From Hormiphora californensis (lineage: Eukaryota > Animalia > Ctenophora), in assembly GCA_020137815.1 (NCBI GenBank), contig CM035351.1:1984001-2048000 (forward strand): DNA of 64,000 nucleotides. Reading direction: 5' to 3'. The number at the start of each line of letters is the position of its first letter. Position 1 is the stretch's first letter. The notes under the pieces are model-generated. The model saw only the letters and a list, made by a program, of their open reading frames with translations. It had not been told where the DNA came from and searched no databases. Positions 26,197-38,478 of this stretch are shown one piece after another. The translations under genes were made by a program, and so were the position numbers.

Positions 26197-26454
26197 TGTG
26201 TTTTATATTGCTACTGCAGGAATGAAATGTAAGGTGGGATTAAAGTTTTTTTTCGACTGAGATTTGGATCTCAATAAGATTGGATAAGTCTTTCCATGTT
26301 GAGAGGGAGGATTGTAGCCCGATTGTAGCTATGTCAGAAGGAGAAAGGGAGGGTTTGAGTTGATATTATATGTCGTATGTGTGGTGTGAGCCTAACAACG
26401 CTAGACAGATATCATATTCAGAATATCAGATAAATGGAGTGATGAAGAGGGAGA

Positions 26455-26670
<216 letters not shown>

Positions 26671-27011
26671 AACGAGAACGAAAGATGAACAGCAAGAAAG
26701 TCCTCGTATTCTTTGCGTTATCAACAAATTACTAACTGTAAATGCAACGGCTGAAATAGAGAATCAAATAGTTACACACATACAATACATAACATACGCA
26801 CAAATACCAAACACACGCTCAATTACCATTACACATGATACACTCAGTTTCAACTTATTTTCTCTCTAGAGAGAAAGTGATCATTGCACAATGAACCTAC
26901 TAACAAATTGTACTTAACAAAATGTCCTTGTACAATAACGGTCCTAACTTACAGTACCAATTGTTATCCAGATATGAGATAACACACACTATCCTTGGAG
27001 CGTTAAACCTC

Positions 27012-28798
27012 TCAGTCTTCACAAAAGTCATAGTCTTGTTCGGCAGCAGCTGCCTTAACCTCCTCAACATTTGGTAGTAGGTTGGTCATATCATAAGGCA
27101 GGTCATCAGTGAGAAGCTGGATTGTTTTCCTAGCTACCTTCCTACAGGACCCGAACATGAAGGTGTGTGATACATCAGAGTCAGCGATGTGGAACTTCAC
27201 CTGTGGAGTGGGTAGTGTAACAAGTCGGATATAATGGGGTATCAAGTTAGAAAGGGTGTGAGTCGTGAGAAGTCGGATATAATGGGGTATCAAGTTAGAA
27301 AGGGTGTGAGTCGTGAGAAGTCGGATATAATGGGGTATCAAGTTAGAAAGGGTGTGAGTCGTGAGAAGTCGGATATAATGGGGTATCAAGTTAGAAAGGG
27401 TGTGAGTCGTGAGAAGTCGGATATAATGGTGTATCAAGTTAGAAGGGGTGTGAGAAGTTAACCCTGAGTGAAAAAAAGATGGAATATGATACAACCATTA
27501 CACCTAAATTGTAAAACATGCAGGTGTGAAGCGTTTACACACACAGTGTATCTACACAGTCTACACACAATACTCAGTAAAGTCCTCCTGCCGACCTGCA
27601 CCCCTCCCCCGTTACAATATCTACATCTACAAAGTGAAGCCCTCCTGCATCCCATTTCAACTAACCTCAGGCACATTCTTCCTGAGTTTCCTGAGACAAT
27701 TTAGAGGCGCCCACAAATCAAACATCCCGTAGTAGAATACCAAACTCTCATGGTGTTTCTGGATTAACTTAAAGTTTGGTTCCCGCACCACCGCCAACTC
27801 GTTTCGTGCTAATCCAAACACATTGTTTAGGGAATCAGGTGAAATCAGCTCAAATATCGTGTAGGCCATGTGGTCCTGAAGAGAAAAATGAAATCAGATA
27901 TTTAAATTGGATGAGAGGAGGCGAGAGTAGAGAAAGGTCACCGTGACCTAGCGGGTTGAGCAGTTGTTGGTAATTATATTACCTGGGTGTTTTTCGAAAA
28001 TCTCTGAAGGTAGAACTGTATCATTTTCCTCCGCAATGTGAAGGGAAGGAGCGAAGTTAGCCAGGCTATACCAGTGATACAAAACTGATACTGGAGCATT
28101 TTTTGTAGGTTTGCCGCTTTCGGCATTTGTGCCATACTGTCAAACATAGGGAAGAGCAGAACTGTCTTTTCTGCCTCAATTCCTGCACGGAATGGGGAGG
28201 GGGTAAATAATGATATAAATGTTCAGATTTTAAAATATATAGTAGCCAATACGTGGAAATTGGTAGGGAAATGAAGGTTGAGATCATGAGGTTGACTCAT
28301 ACCTTTCTCAAGCATCTGTAGGATGATATGCGCCCCAAAGGAGTGCCCTACAAGATATAACTTTGTATCTGGTTCCAGTTGCTCCTTTATAAATGCCATC
28401 TTACTGAGTACCTGCTCCCGCACATTAAACACTCTTGATTGTGCGGGAGAGTGACCCACATGACTCACCACACAGCCCCTAAACTTCCCTTCGCACTCCT
28501 CTACCACCATTTCCAGGTACTCCACATAGAAGCCACCGTGTCCGGGGTTCCCTGGTACTACCATCACCACGGGTAGATCTTTGTTGCCCCAGTTACGGCT
28601 GTACAACACATTGACGGGTTGGTCGTTAACTGTCTCCAGGGTGTAAGAAAATTGAAGCAACTCTTTTTGGCTCATCAGGATGTAGATGAAGAATGTTGTG
28701 ACACAGAGAATGGTCAGGAAAACAGAGTTGAAAAGATGGAAAAGTAAATTTTCGTCGCCCAAAATGGCGTCCCTTAACGAGGAAATGTAGTCCCACAT
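27012..28798 (-). CDS. LDAH: Lipid droplet-associated hydrolase (alpha/beta hydrolase), 4 exons
   Basis: VVPGNPGHGGFY, SHVGH, nucleophile GHSFG, LLFP, FYYGMFDLWAP and HTF motifs; N-terminal hydrophobic segment. Confidence 0.88.
27222..27460. repeat. 48-bp tandem repeat, about 5 copies, next to the last LDAH acceptor
   Basis: Unit aagtcggatataatggggtatcaagttagaaagggtgtgagtcgtgag. Confidence 0.95.
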
Positions 28799-29099
28799 CC
28801 TTCCTAGCAGATTGAATTGAGTTAGAATAGTATACAGGAATAGATGGTTAGTGCCATAATAGTTAGTGCCATCGAAACATTTGTCCAATCTGAAGTAACC
28901 TTGTTTCTCTTTGTTAGAATAGTATACCATAAACAATTTCGAGAGCGCACTGTTGAAAATTTTTGAATACACAATTTTAAAGTGTTGCACGTGTATTGGG
29001 ATGTTCTAGGGACTAATTTCCGTGTTTTGAAATTTTAAAATTTCAAAATTTTTTTTCGATTTTTCCCCGATTTTTCACCGAAAACAAGGGTCACAAAAG

Positions 29100-29392
29100 T
29101 GGCTTGCGATCCTTAGTGGCTCAACCGTTTGGGCTGAAACTTCGAATATCAGTAGAAAATTACCCACTGAATACCAGACATATTGTTCCAAAGCGATATT
29201 TTGAGTATACAGCAAGGTATACAAAATATAGTGCTCCATTGACTTCCTAAAATTCCCATTATTTACGCAAAAACGCGGGTTATGAAAGTCGCTTGCGATC
29301 CTTAGTGGCTCAACCGTTTGGGCTGAAACTTCGGAAATCAGTAGAAAATTACCCACTGAATACCAGACATATTGTTCCAAAGCGATATTTTT
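29100..29392. repeat. Direct duplication of ~100 bp (29102-29200 vs 29291-29390)
   Basis: gcttgcgatccttagtggctcaaccgtttgggctgaaacttcg...aagcgatattt occurs twice. Confidence 0.85.
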
Positions 29393-29506
29393 CAACTTAG
29401 CAACCCCTACTGCACAGTGCACACCAGATCCAAGACTCAAGAGCACATCCAGAACAGACCACATGAATGGGGAGCTTTCTTGGAATGGTCTCTTCTGGAT
29501 GTGGTG

Positions 29507-29657
29507 AATCTGGGGTTTTTGAGTGTCAGCAGTCACGGTTTTAGGGAAATCTCAGGCCCTAACCCCAACCCCAGCGGCTGGGGTCCAGCCCTAACCTTTA
29601 CGGCTAACCCTGCTTTAGCCCTAACCCTAAACTGATGTAACTCAAAACACCCAGATT
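29507..29657. mobile_element. Short TIR element containing telomere-like CCCTAA repeats
   Basis: aatctggggtttttgagt...actcaaaacacccagatt termini with ccctaa units inside; related to the 33.7-35.4 kb repeats. Confidence 0.6.
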
Positions 29658-29663
29658 ATATAC

Positions 29664-31882
29664 TCCATTTTTTTTCAACTGTTCACCCCCCAAAGTCGTG
29701 CGCAGAATTGTTTTGCGCGTTTATCACATGTTAACGTGTAGCGCGCGCCACAAAAATTCTAAATTTCACTGAAATTTCAATTTTGGGTGAACAGTTGAAA
29801 AAAAATGGACTTTAAAGTCCATTTTTATTCAACTGTTCACTAGTAGGGTTTCTTAATTTCGCGCGCAGTAGTGAAATTCGTAAATGGATTTGCGCGTGCA
29901 AGTGCGCGGCTCTTTCTGAGCGAGAAGTTCGTCCAAAGCCGAGCCGAACCAAAAATGGTTCATTTCCACTTTGGTGGATTTTGATACACTTGATCCGGAC
30001 GCTCCAGGCAATTTCTTTCTGATTTCTATCAATTTCTTTACTTTCTGTTTTATTTGTGCCATATTTGATTGCAATCTTATTAATTTATCGCTTCCCACAA
30101 TTTGCTGCTTTTAAATCACTTCTTCCTCTTACTGGACAACTTCCCACCTTGGAGCCCCCTTCTGTACTTCCTCTAGAGTTTGGACTTTGGCCTCTCCTGG
30201 GCACCTCTTTGCACCCTCCCTTGTACCTGTTTGTACATCCTCCTTCCTGAGTCTTTGGTGTGTCTTTTTGCCATCTGTGGTACCTGCTTCTACATTCTCC
30301 CTCGCTCCTGGGTAGTGGCCAGTGGGTATATCTTTCTGCTCTCTCCCCTTTCCGAGTACCACCTTCCCTCCGTACCCTAGGTACTTCCTTCTGCACCCCA
30401 GCCCGGCCCTGGGTCTTTCCTTCTGCATTCTCTCTTGGCCCACCTTTCATGCACACCCAGCACCCTTCCTCTTTATGGTAACTGCTTCTTCATCCCCCTC
30501 CTGGGTACCTCCTTCAGCCTTCTGTACCCTTACTCCTTCATACCTGCTTCTACATCCTCCCCCTTTTGGTTAACTTCTTTTGCATCCCCCTCTTTGGTAC
30601 CTGATTCTACATCGTCTCTCCTCGGTACCTACTTTTGAACCCTCCTTCCTTGTTACTATACCTATCCCCTCTATTTATAATTATCCTTTAATCCCTAAAT
30701 TTCTTATTTATAACTGGATGTATTTAATAGTTTAATGCTGCAAACGGAAAACTTAAAAGTAGGAATTAAATGTGATGTGTACGGATGTCGGATGTGTGAT
30801 GTCTACAAAGAGGAAAATTATTCTTCTTTTCTCTCGGGGAATCATTACAAAAGAGGTACTGTTACTACTAATTACTAAATTCTGTACCAGCTAATGTTGC
30901 AAGAAACCCCAATTAATCGAATCACGATCGATAAACAGACTATTATAATACATGTTCACCATTTTTGTAGCTAGGTACATCATCATGTCTATTAACCATC
31001 TTTGCCCCATCCAGGTACCAACTGATATGATAAACATGGGAATCTAGCTTTCACCGCAGTAACGATTAGACGTTGGCCAACTACTTAGTATGTGGCTGGG
31101 TTATTTTCCGAAAAGAGAACTGGACTGGACGCGTGAACTATAACACTCATCTTCATAACCAAGAAGGTTAGTTGTCAAATCGTCCCTTCCCAAATCCCTC
31201 CCGAGTTCCATTCTCTTCCCAGTTATTTATTCTATTCTCCTCCTAGTTATTTATTACATTTCTATTTAGTATTTATCTTAATTACATGCTATTCAACATG
31301 GAGGTTTAATGATTATGATAGAGGAATCTGTCTCCCTCTGTCGTTCGCTTTCAGATGTCTTCTCTCTATCTCTTGCTCTATCTCTAGCTCTATTTCGGAG
31401 AGCGAACTGTATTGACATGTTTCTGGCCCACCCTGTATCTCCATCTTGTTATGTTATAACCCTCCTAGGAAAGAGGTTCGAGCAAGGCCATCTCCATCGC
31501 TATCTCTCTATCTCTATCTCTCCATCCCTTTGATCTATTTCTCCATACCGGGTATGGTGTAGACTGTAGGTCATAGGTATGGCATACCCATGACTTACAC
31601 TATAGTCTGTCTTAGAGTGTTTCTCTAGCTCTATATATATCCCAAGTTTGACATGTATTAGTATAGAGGGAAATGATGTACATACATTTATTGTGTGAAC
31701 CTCAACAGTACAGTCATGTACAATAATTTTCGCCTTTATATTATCATTATTATATTATTATTATATTATATCTCGATTCTCTCCGATTGTCTCTGTATTT
31801 CTCTCTGTATCTCCCTATCTCTATTTCTCTCTCGCCACCCCCTCCCGCTCTCTCTCTATCTCTCTTTCCCTCTCTCTCTCCC

Positions 31883-31937
<55 letters not shown>

Positions 31938-32755
31938 CTCCCTCACCACTGTATTCTTTCAGGAAAACTCATCAAAGAACGGCGCTCAGTTGGAACGGCC
32001 GGAATACCTGGGTGGAAGGGTAAAATATCTGCAATGAGAGGTGTATCCTGCTTCTCAAAGATCCCTTTCGAAGTTATGGACTCTCTAAACGAGAAGCCTG
32101 TGATCTCCAAGTGTTCTAGAGTGGTTGCTGCTGCTGATGGAAAAGTGAGACCTGTCGTTGTCTCTCTGAACTCCAGGGAAACTCTGATTTCTCTCCTGAG
32201 CTCAAGACTACTACGGCCTACTCCAAGGTGTTTCTGGAGCCTGATCGGACTCTAGAGCAGAGGGTTGAGAGAAAGAGAACATTAAAGACTTTGAGTGAGT
32301 TGAGAAGGTCGCATCCTGAGGGACGCTATTTGATTATGGGTGGAGTAATACAGTGTGTGTAGGACTCTGGGTGTCGCCTGTCATATCGGGATTATTCCTG
32401 TGTTGGCGAAGCCCTTGAATGAGTGTTTGAAATATTTTATATTTGAACTTTCATTGTTTTCCGTACTCATTCTAAATGTTGACCCCGAAATAGACAAGGA
32501 ACAAATATAATACCGACAAAGTGATGTGGAAATTAAATCTTGTTCCAGATAAAAACATGGGTGGGGTGAACAGTTTGATCACAACGGACCGTTTTATAAT
32601 TATGAATGTGTGGATGTTATTAATTGTTGATATTTTTCGTCTATTTGAACAATGAACTGTGTACCATTTTATTATGCATGTCAGTTTAAATTATTAGTAA
32701 ACAATTACAAAGAACAGTGTGGTTGAATCATTGAAACATGTTTGTAATTATCCCT

Positions 32756-32812
<57 letters not shown>

Positions 32813-33533
32813 CTTACTCTTTCCCTCTCTGTATACAAACATGTTTCATTTTGTGTTGAATAACGGAATACTGGAACTTGGAAATGGTCTTAAAATGAGG
32901 AAGAAATTCATAAACATGGTTACGGCACTTGTCAGCGCATTTCTTAGCTGTTTCCATGAGACCTCCTTCCTTTGTCCTTGAACAAGGTGTCCTGCTTGGC
33001 GCGCACGGTACATATTGGTGCGCGCGGTATAAAAGCACAGATGAAAGTCAAAAGGTGACAGCATTTGAAACGTAGACAATTTATTGGTTTTGGCGGGTAT
33101 TTGGCCCAGGTTCCAAAAACCTAATTTCGAACCTATTTCATCCATTTTTTTTACTGAATCTTGTTCGCAGAGTGATTTGGAACACTGTGCTTTTTACTAG
33201 ACCAAAATCCGATGTGTCAATCAGGAATAAGGGGCATTTATATCGTTTGACTGGCAATTAGACCTTAATTGACTCCTAGTGACCAATTTACCCAGTCACG
33301 CGTATATTTCTGGTAATTCATATGACTTCTAATCAGTTTCTTAACCATTTCCAAGGATAAAATAGGGGGGTAAAATTCGTGACTGGATCAGATTAGGGTC
33401 CCTACTACACCCCTCAACTCGTGCGCGTGCGATATTTTAATTTACGCTGCGCGCGCTACACGTTAACATGTGATAAACGCGCAAAACAATTCCGCGCACG
33501 ACTTTGGGGGGTGAACAGTTGAAAAAAAATGGA
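29664..33533. mobile_element. ~3.9-kb segment bounded by ~85-bp inverted repeats (putative non-autonomous DNA transposon)
   Basis: tccattttttttcaactgttcaccccccaaagtcgtgcgc...gtgtagcgcgcg at 29664-29748 is inverted at 33450-33533. No clear TSD or transposase. Confidence 0.6.
31960..32362 (+). pseudogene. Frameshifted, 5'-truncated LINE ORF1-like remnant
   Basis: GKVRPVVVSL...KVFLEPDRTLEQRVER...GRYLIMGGVI parallels the C-terminus of the 3542 ORF. Confidence 0.55.
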
Positions 33534-33712
33534 CATTAATTGGCATTGCTAATTGCTACAGACCCTATTGGAAAGCAGCACGTTTCATTATTTTATTATT
33601 AAATCTTTATAACTTACACAATTTAATTGTATAAATAAATCACGTTTCAAAGATTTTAACGTTCTCGTTTCATAAAATTAAATCTGGAAATCTACGAAAA
33701 AACAATTAAATC

Positions 33713-35400
33713 TGGGGTGCCGTTACGATCTGGGTGTTTGCTGGCCTGTTTGCTGGCAAAAAAAGTACCGTGTACTAAAATGGCTCTAACTACCAAACCA
33801 CTCAACCGTTTTGGGTAATTCAATGTTTATCTGATAGGAAATCTCAAGCCCTAACCCAAACCCCAGCCCTAACCCTAACCCTACTTTTGCCCTTGGCAAA
33901 CGTTGCTGGCCCCCGATAGCGCGGGATAAGGCAGCGCTTTTCAACTTTTGCCCCAACCCTAAAAATCCGTGAGTACTGCCACTCCAAACACGGCCAGCGT
34001 TAAAATCTGGGTGTTTTGGGAGTGCTGACAAACGGTTTTTTTAGGGTAAGGGCTAAAGTAGGGTTAGGGTTAGGGTTGGGGTTTGGGTTGGGGTTAGGCC
34101 TTGACATTCCCTACCAGATAAACTTTGAATCAGCCAAAACGGTTGAGTGGTTTGGCGGTTAGAGCCATTTTAGTGAATTAACTTTTTTGGCAGCGCGCAC
34201 CTGTAAACACCCAGATCGTAACGGCGCCCTCCAAACACCCAGATTTTAAAGTTGGCCTTAAATAACAGTTTTCAAACTTTTCAACACTACTTTAAACAAA
34301 TTAATTTGAGCTGAAGAAGGGGCACAACCCCGAAACGTTCCAACCAACCACCGTGTTTTGACTTCGTATGACCTCCCACGCCCCGGACGTGTCCCCCCAC
34401 ACTCCAATAGGGATCCCTAAAAAAGTTCAGTATTTACACAGAGTTTACACAGTCTTTACTCAGTCGTTACACCCAGAGCGCCCGCGCCGCTCTGGGTGTA
34501 ACGACTGCGTCTTTCGCACTCGATTTGCAGCGTTTTCGGAAACTTTTTTCGCCGCAGCGCTCAATTTTGTGAATTGTGCAGCACACAATCCAATATTTTC
34601 TTGGAAAAAGCCACTGTGCGCAGCACGCGCCGCTCTGGGTGTAACGACTGAGTAAAGACTGTGTAAACTCTGTGTAAATAAAGTCGGATTTTTTGAAACT
34701 GTCACCCCCCCTGAGTTTTCAAATTTCTTTAAATGACCATAAGTCCGGTTCCTGATGAGATAGAGACTTGAAATTTGGAGGTTATAAAGATCTTGCTAAG
34801 TTCTTCCGAACCTCCAAATTTCAAGTCTCTATCTTATCAGGAACCGGAGATATGACAAATTTGTTATTTCAGGGGGGTGACAGTTTCAAAAAATCCGACT
34901 TTACTGAACTTTTTTAGGGATCCCTATTAAATAATTTTCCCGTACTGATTTTAATCGATCCCGCGCGGCTCCCTCTTTGCAGCGTTTTTGACAAATTTTT
35001 CGCCGCGGCTCTCAATTCAGTCACACATGTATTTGAAATACAAAAAAAGTAAGAGCGCCTCGGCGAAAATTTGACCGAAATGAGGGGCCAGTTGAAAAGC
35101 GCTGCCTTATCCCGCGCTGGGGGCCAGCAGCGTTTGCCAAAGGGGCCAGCGTTAAAATTTGGGTGTTTCGTGAGTGCTGACAAACGGTTTTTTAGGGTTA
35201 GGGCCAAATTAGGGTTAGGGTTAGGGTTGGGGTTTGGGTTGGGGTTAGGCCTTGACATTCCCTAGCAGATAAACTTTGAATCAACCAAAACGGTTGAGTG
35301 GTTTGGCGGTTAGAGCCATTTTAGTGAATCAACTTTTTTGGCAGCGCGCACCTGTAAACAGGCCTCCAAACACCCAGATCGTAACGGCGCCCCCCCCCCC
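33713..35400. mobile_element. Composite inverted/direct repeat family carrying TTAGGG-like tracts
   Basis: ggggtgccgttacgatctgggtgttt at ~33714 is inverted at ~34205 and ~35368; 33997-34210 is directly repeated at 35146-35360; telomere-like tracts at ~33850, ~34045 and ~35195. Confidence 0.7.
34406..34928. mobile_element. MITE with 27-bp TIRs and nested internal hairpins
   Basis: AATAGGGATCCCTAAAAAAGTTCAGTA...TACTGAACTTTTTTAGGGATCCCTATT. Confidence 0.85.
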
Positions 35401-35540
35401 CCCCGTTCAAGCGGATCACCCAACCAATCGTTTTGGTGTCAGTTGTGGCTATTTTCTGTTTGCCTGTTTATCCCAATATTACAGATAACACTTTCAGCCT
35501 TATTTAGGAATATGCCATTGTATGATCCACCGTAAACGAA

Positions 35541-37197
35541 ATGGCCAGTTACGTTATAAAATGTTTCATGGCTAATCAAGTAGAATTTAGCATTCCCTTC
35601 AAGGAGCGCCCTACTTATGAGGATCTGTATGATTACGTCGTGAAACGTTTTGGCGATGTGTATCGATGTTATACACTCGAAAACGGGACCTTGCGGAAAA
35701 TTCGTGCGAACAAGGATTTCCAAAAACTGGTCGACAATAACCCGATAGAGGTTTACGTTAAACTCTCAAAAACGCTGGCTTCTTCAAATGCTAAAAAATC
35801 TCAAAGCGTTCAACTTCCTCCTCCGAGTGTGCCTGCAGAACCAGATCGATCGCATTCCGTGTCAGGTCGGACAAATCATGTTAACCTAAACACAACAGCT
35901 CCGGTCGGGCCTTCTTCGTCATCAAACCGTCCACCTCACCGACGGGGTCATAGGAGGAGTAACACCGACTACCGGAGTCTGTACATCCCGGAAACTCAAG
36001 GACCTCAACATGGCTACCAGAAGGTGTCCAATGGAGGGCATTTTGTACCGACACCAAGTCCTGATTCTGGTTTTCAAAGTCCAGATATGTTTGTCTATGA
36101 AAGCAACTCCAGTGCTAACCCTAAACCGGTTACAAACTCAGATGAGATTCCAAGGCATCTGATTGATGACGCTGAAGAGAAAGGGGCATTTATTGACAGC
36201 CGATCCAGCAGTTCCCGAAATTTTGGAACGTGGGGAAGGCGACATACCGAACGTTCTTTATCCATGTCCAATGTTGTTCTACCTGAAAATCTTATCCCTA
36301 AAAAACTTATAGGGAAGGGCGGGTTTGCTAAAGTATACCACTGCATTGATAAGCAATCAGGCCGCGATTTGGCAGTGAAACAAGTCGAATACGATCCAGG
36401 GTGCAGGGAAACAACTAAAGAACTAAAAGCCCTAAAGCTTGAGTTGGATATCTTGAAACAGCTGAACCATCCGAGGATTGTGATTTATCTGGGTTCGTGC
36501 AGTGAACCGGGAGTTTTCAGCATCTTCATGGAGTTTGTAATGGGTGGATCACTCCGATCTTACATCCAATCAAATGGTCCACTCTCTATCCCTTTTGCCA
36601 AGAGATGCCTCTACGATATGCTTCAAGGGCTGTCTTATCCTCCATTCAAAAAATGTCCTTCACAGGGATCTGAAAGCGGCAAACGTCCTCAAAACTCCCG
36701 AGGGTCGGGTGAAAATAGCAGATTTTGGTGCTGCTAAGAGATTTGAGCTGTTGAAAAGTCTCGTCAACTCACTGTTCGGTAGTGGGTACCCCCTATTGGA
36801 TGTCACCGGAAATTAATCATGGCTACAGGTAAAACATGTTTGATTAGGTTCCCAATTCTCTCCCTCCTTTAAATCTCTGACTTATTCCTTTTCAAATCTC
36901 CCTTCATAAATGAATCTCTACTCTCTCTCTCTCTCCTCAGGTTGGACGGAGAAGGTTGATGTTTGGGGTATTGGGGTAACGGCCATTGAATTCCTCACCG
37001 GAGATCCACCATTCTATAGCTTTGAGCCGATGGCTGCTATGTTTCGAATAGCTAATCGAACACTGAAATCAGAAGTTGAACTACCAGAAGATGTTCCTAG
37101 TGGGTTAAAGTCATTAATCTGGAGTTGCTTAGAAAAGGAAAGTAGCAAGCGACCTTCAGTCGAAGAATTATTATTGCATGAAGTGTTTAGAGAATAG
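35541..37197 (+). CDS. MAP3K2/3 (MEKK2/3)-like kinase with an N-terminal PB1-like domain; intron 36829-36940
   Basis: PB1-like first ~75 aa; GKGGFAKV, GRDLAVKQV, SIFMEF, HRDLKAANVL, DFG and DVWGIG motifs. Frameshifts at ~36640 and ~36770-36815 are probably read errors. Confidence 0.85.
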
Positions 37198-37714
37198 GTT
37201 TTAAAACTAAACGATTACTCATAGTAGAACAGAAAAATAAACGATTTAATTCAAATTAAAAAAGTGTAACTTATTGATAAAACGACCGGCATTGTGAATA
37301 GTACATCACTTCATTGAATTCTGGGTACATTTTAGAGACTGTGTATTTTAGTTTTGGGCCCCCGTTTCTCTCAGAGTCTCCTGTCCCTCCTCACAGAAGG
37401 GACGGTACTAAGTTTTAGCCGTGTTTTTATTTTCTTACAATTTCTATTGTGCCATGCACCCACATAAAGTGACATGTATTATGCGAATGAATGTTTTTTC
37501 TCACTTAATCTAACGTGTTTGACTAATCCATAAAAATATCCCTCTCTCTCTCTCTCTAGATAACACTCTCATCTAGATAGATCGATAGAGAGAGAGCGAC
37601 GATACGAGCGAGCGAGAGAGAGCGAGAGAGCGCGCGAGCCGAAGAGCGAGCGAGCTAGCGAGAGAGTATCTAGACGATCGCTCTCTAGTCTCTCTATCTC
37701 TATCTCGCTCGCGC

Positions 37715-37745
<31 letters not shown>

Positions 37746-37792
37746 CTCTCCTCTCTCTCCTCTTCCCTCTCCCTCTTTGCCCATACCTTAGA

Positions 37793-38170
37793 ATGACGTC
37801 ATCAGCATGGTTCACCGATGCAGAAATTGAGGAGTACGGTCTGGAAGACTGGGCTCTTCATCAACAAGAACTAGAGTATCGGGAGGAACGAGAGTATCAG
37901 GAGGAACAGTACATGCGGGACCGTCAGGAGGAACGTGAGGAACAGGAACGAGATGACAGTCAGTACGGACGGAACTTTCTGGAGGAATGGAGGGAACTTA
38001 ACGGAGTTGAGGATCTTAGAGATGATGAAGGGAGACAGACTGCTACACAATTCGACAGCCGACCCAGCAGTTCCAAAAAATCTTTGTCCAAACCTAAAGA
38101 TCCGCACGAAATGCCCAGTGGCTTTTTAGAAAAATCTTGCTGCGAAGCGCATGTCACAGAACCTGATTAG
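37793..38170 (+). CDS. Acidic ORF; possible N-terminus of kinase copy 2 or a truncated paralog
   Basis: ATG directly after a pyrimidine tract and AG (37790-37791); DSRPSSS resembles the pre-kinase DSRSSSS of copy 1. Confidence 0.45.
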   Translation: MTSSAWFTDAEIEEYGLEDWALHQQELEYREEREYQEEQYMRDRQEEREEQERDDSQYGRNFLEEWRELNGVEDLRDDEGRQTATQFDSRPSSSKKSLSKPKDPHEMPSGFLEKSCCEAHVTEPD

Positions 38171-38478
38171 ATCCCATTCCGCTGTCGCTGCTGCTGTGGC
38201 AGCAGTCGTTCTGCTCTCGTTCTTCTCCCATTCCGCTGTAATTCCGCTGGCGTGGCGGGAATAACTGCTAACAATTGGGATCTCTAATCGAAATCCGTGC
38301 CCGTTTCTAGCAATTGTGGCTCTCTAAATATGTAACGATCACATAAGAGCACTAATGAGGTGTGAGAGCAGCATTAGCAAGCAAAACAGGGATTTTTCTC
38401 TCTATTTTTCTGCTGTCAGTCAACTTTCTCGCTGCGAATGGGATTCGCCCATTCGCTATAAAAAGCCACTGGGACGAA

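Noticed and set aside
28799-28990. Longer N-terminus for LDAH suggested by the ORF track
   Set aside because: Begins at GTG and runs through a branch point/acceptor; ATG 28798 after the AG is more plausible.
34040-34100. True telomere or chromosome-fusion site
   Set aside because: Tracts are short, degenerate and embedded in a repeated element rather than long pure arrays.
36635-36820. Programmed frameshifting in kinase copy 1 (also CYP, DPH5, MYO18)
   Set aside because: Isolated single-base insertions in an error-prone sequence; no slippery-site or structure evidence.
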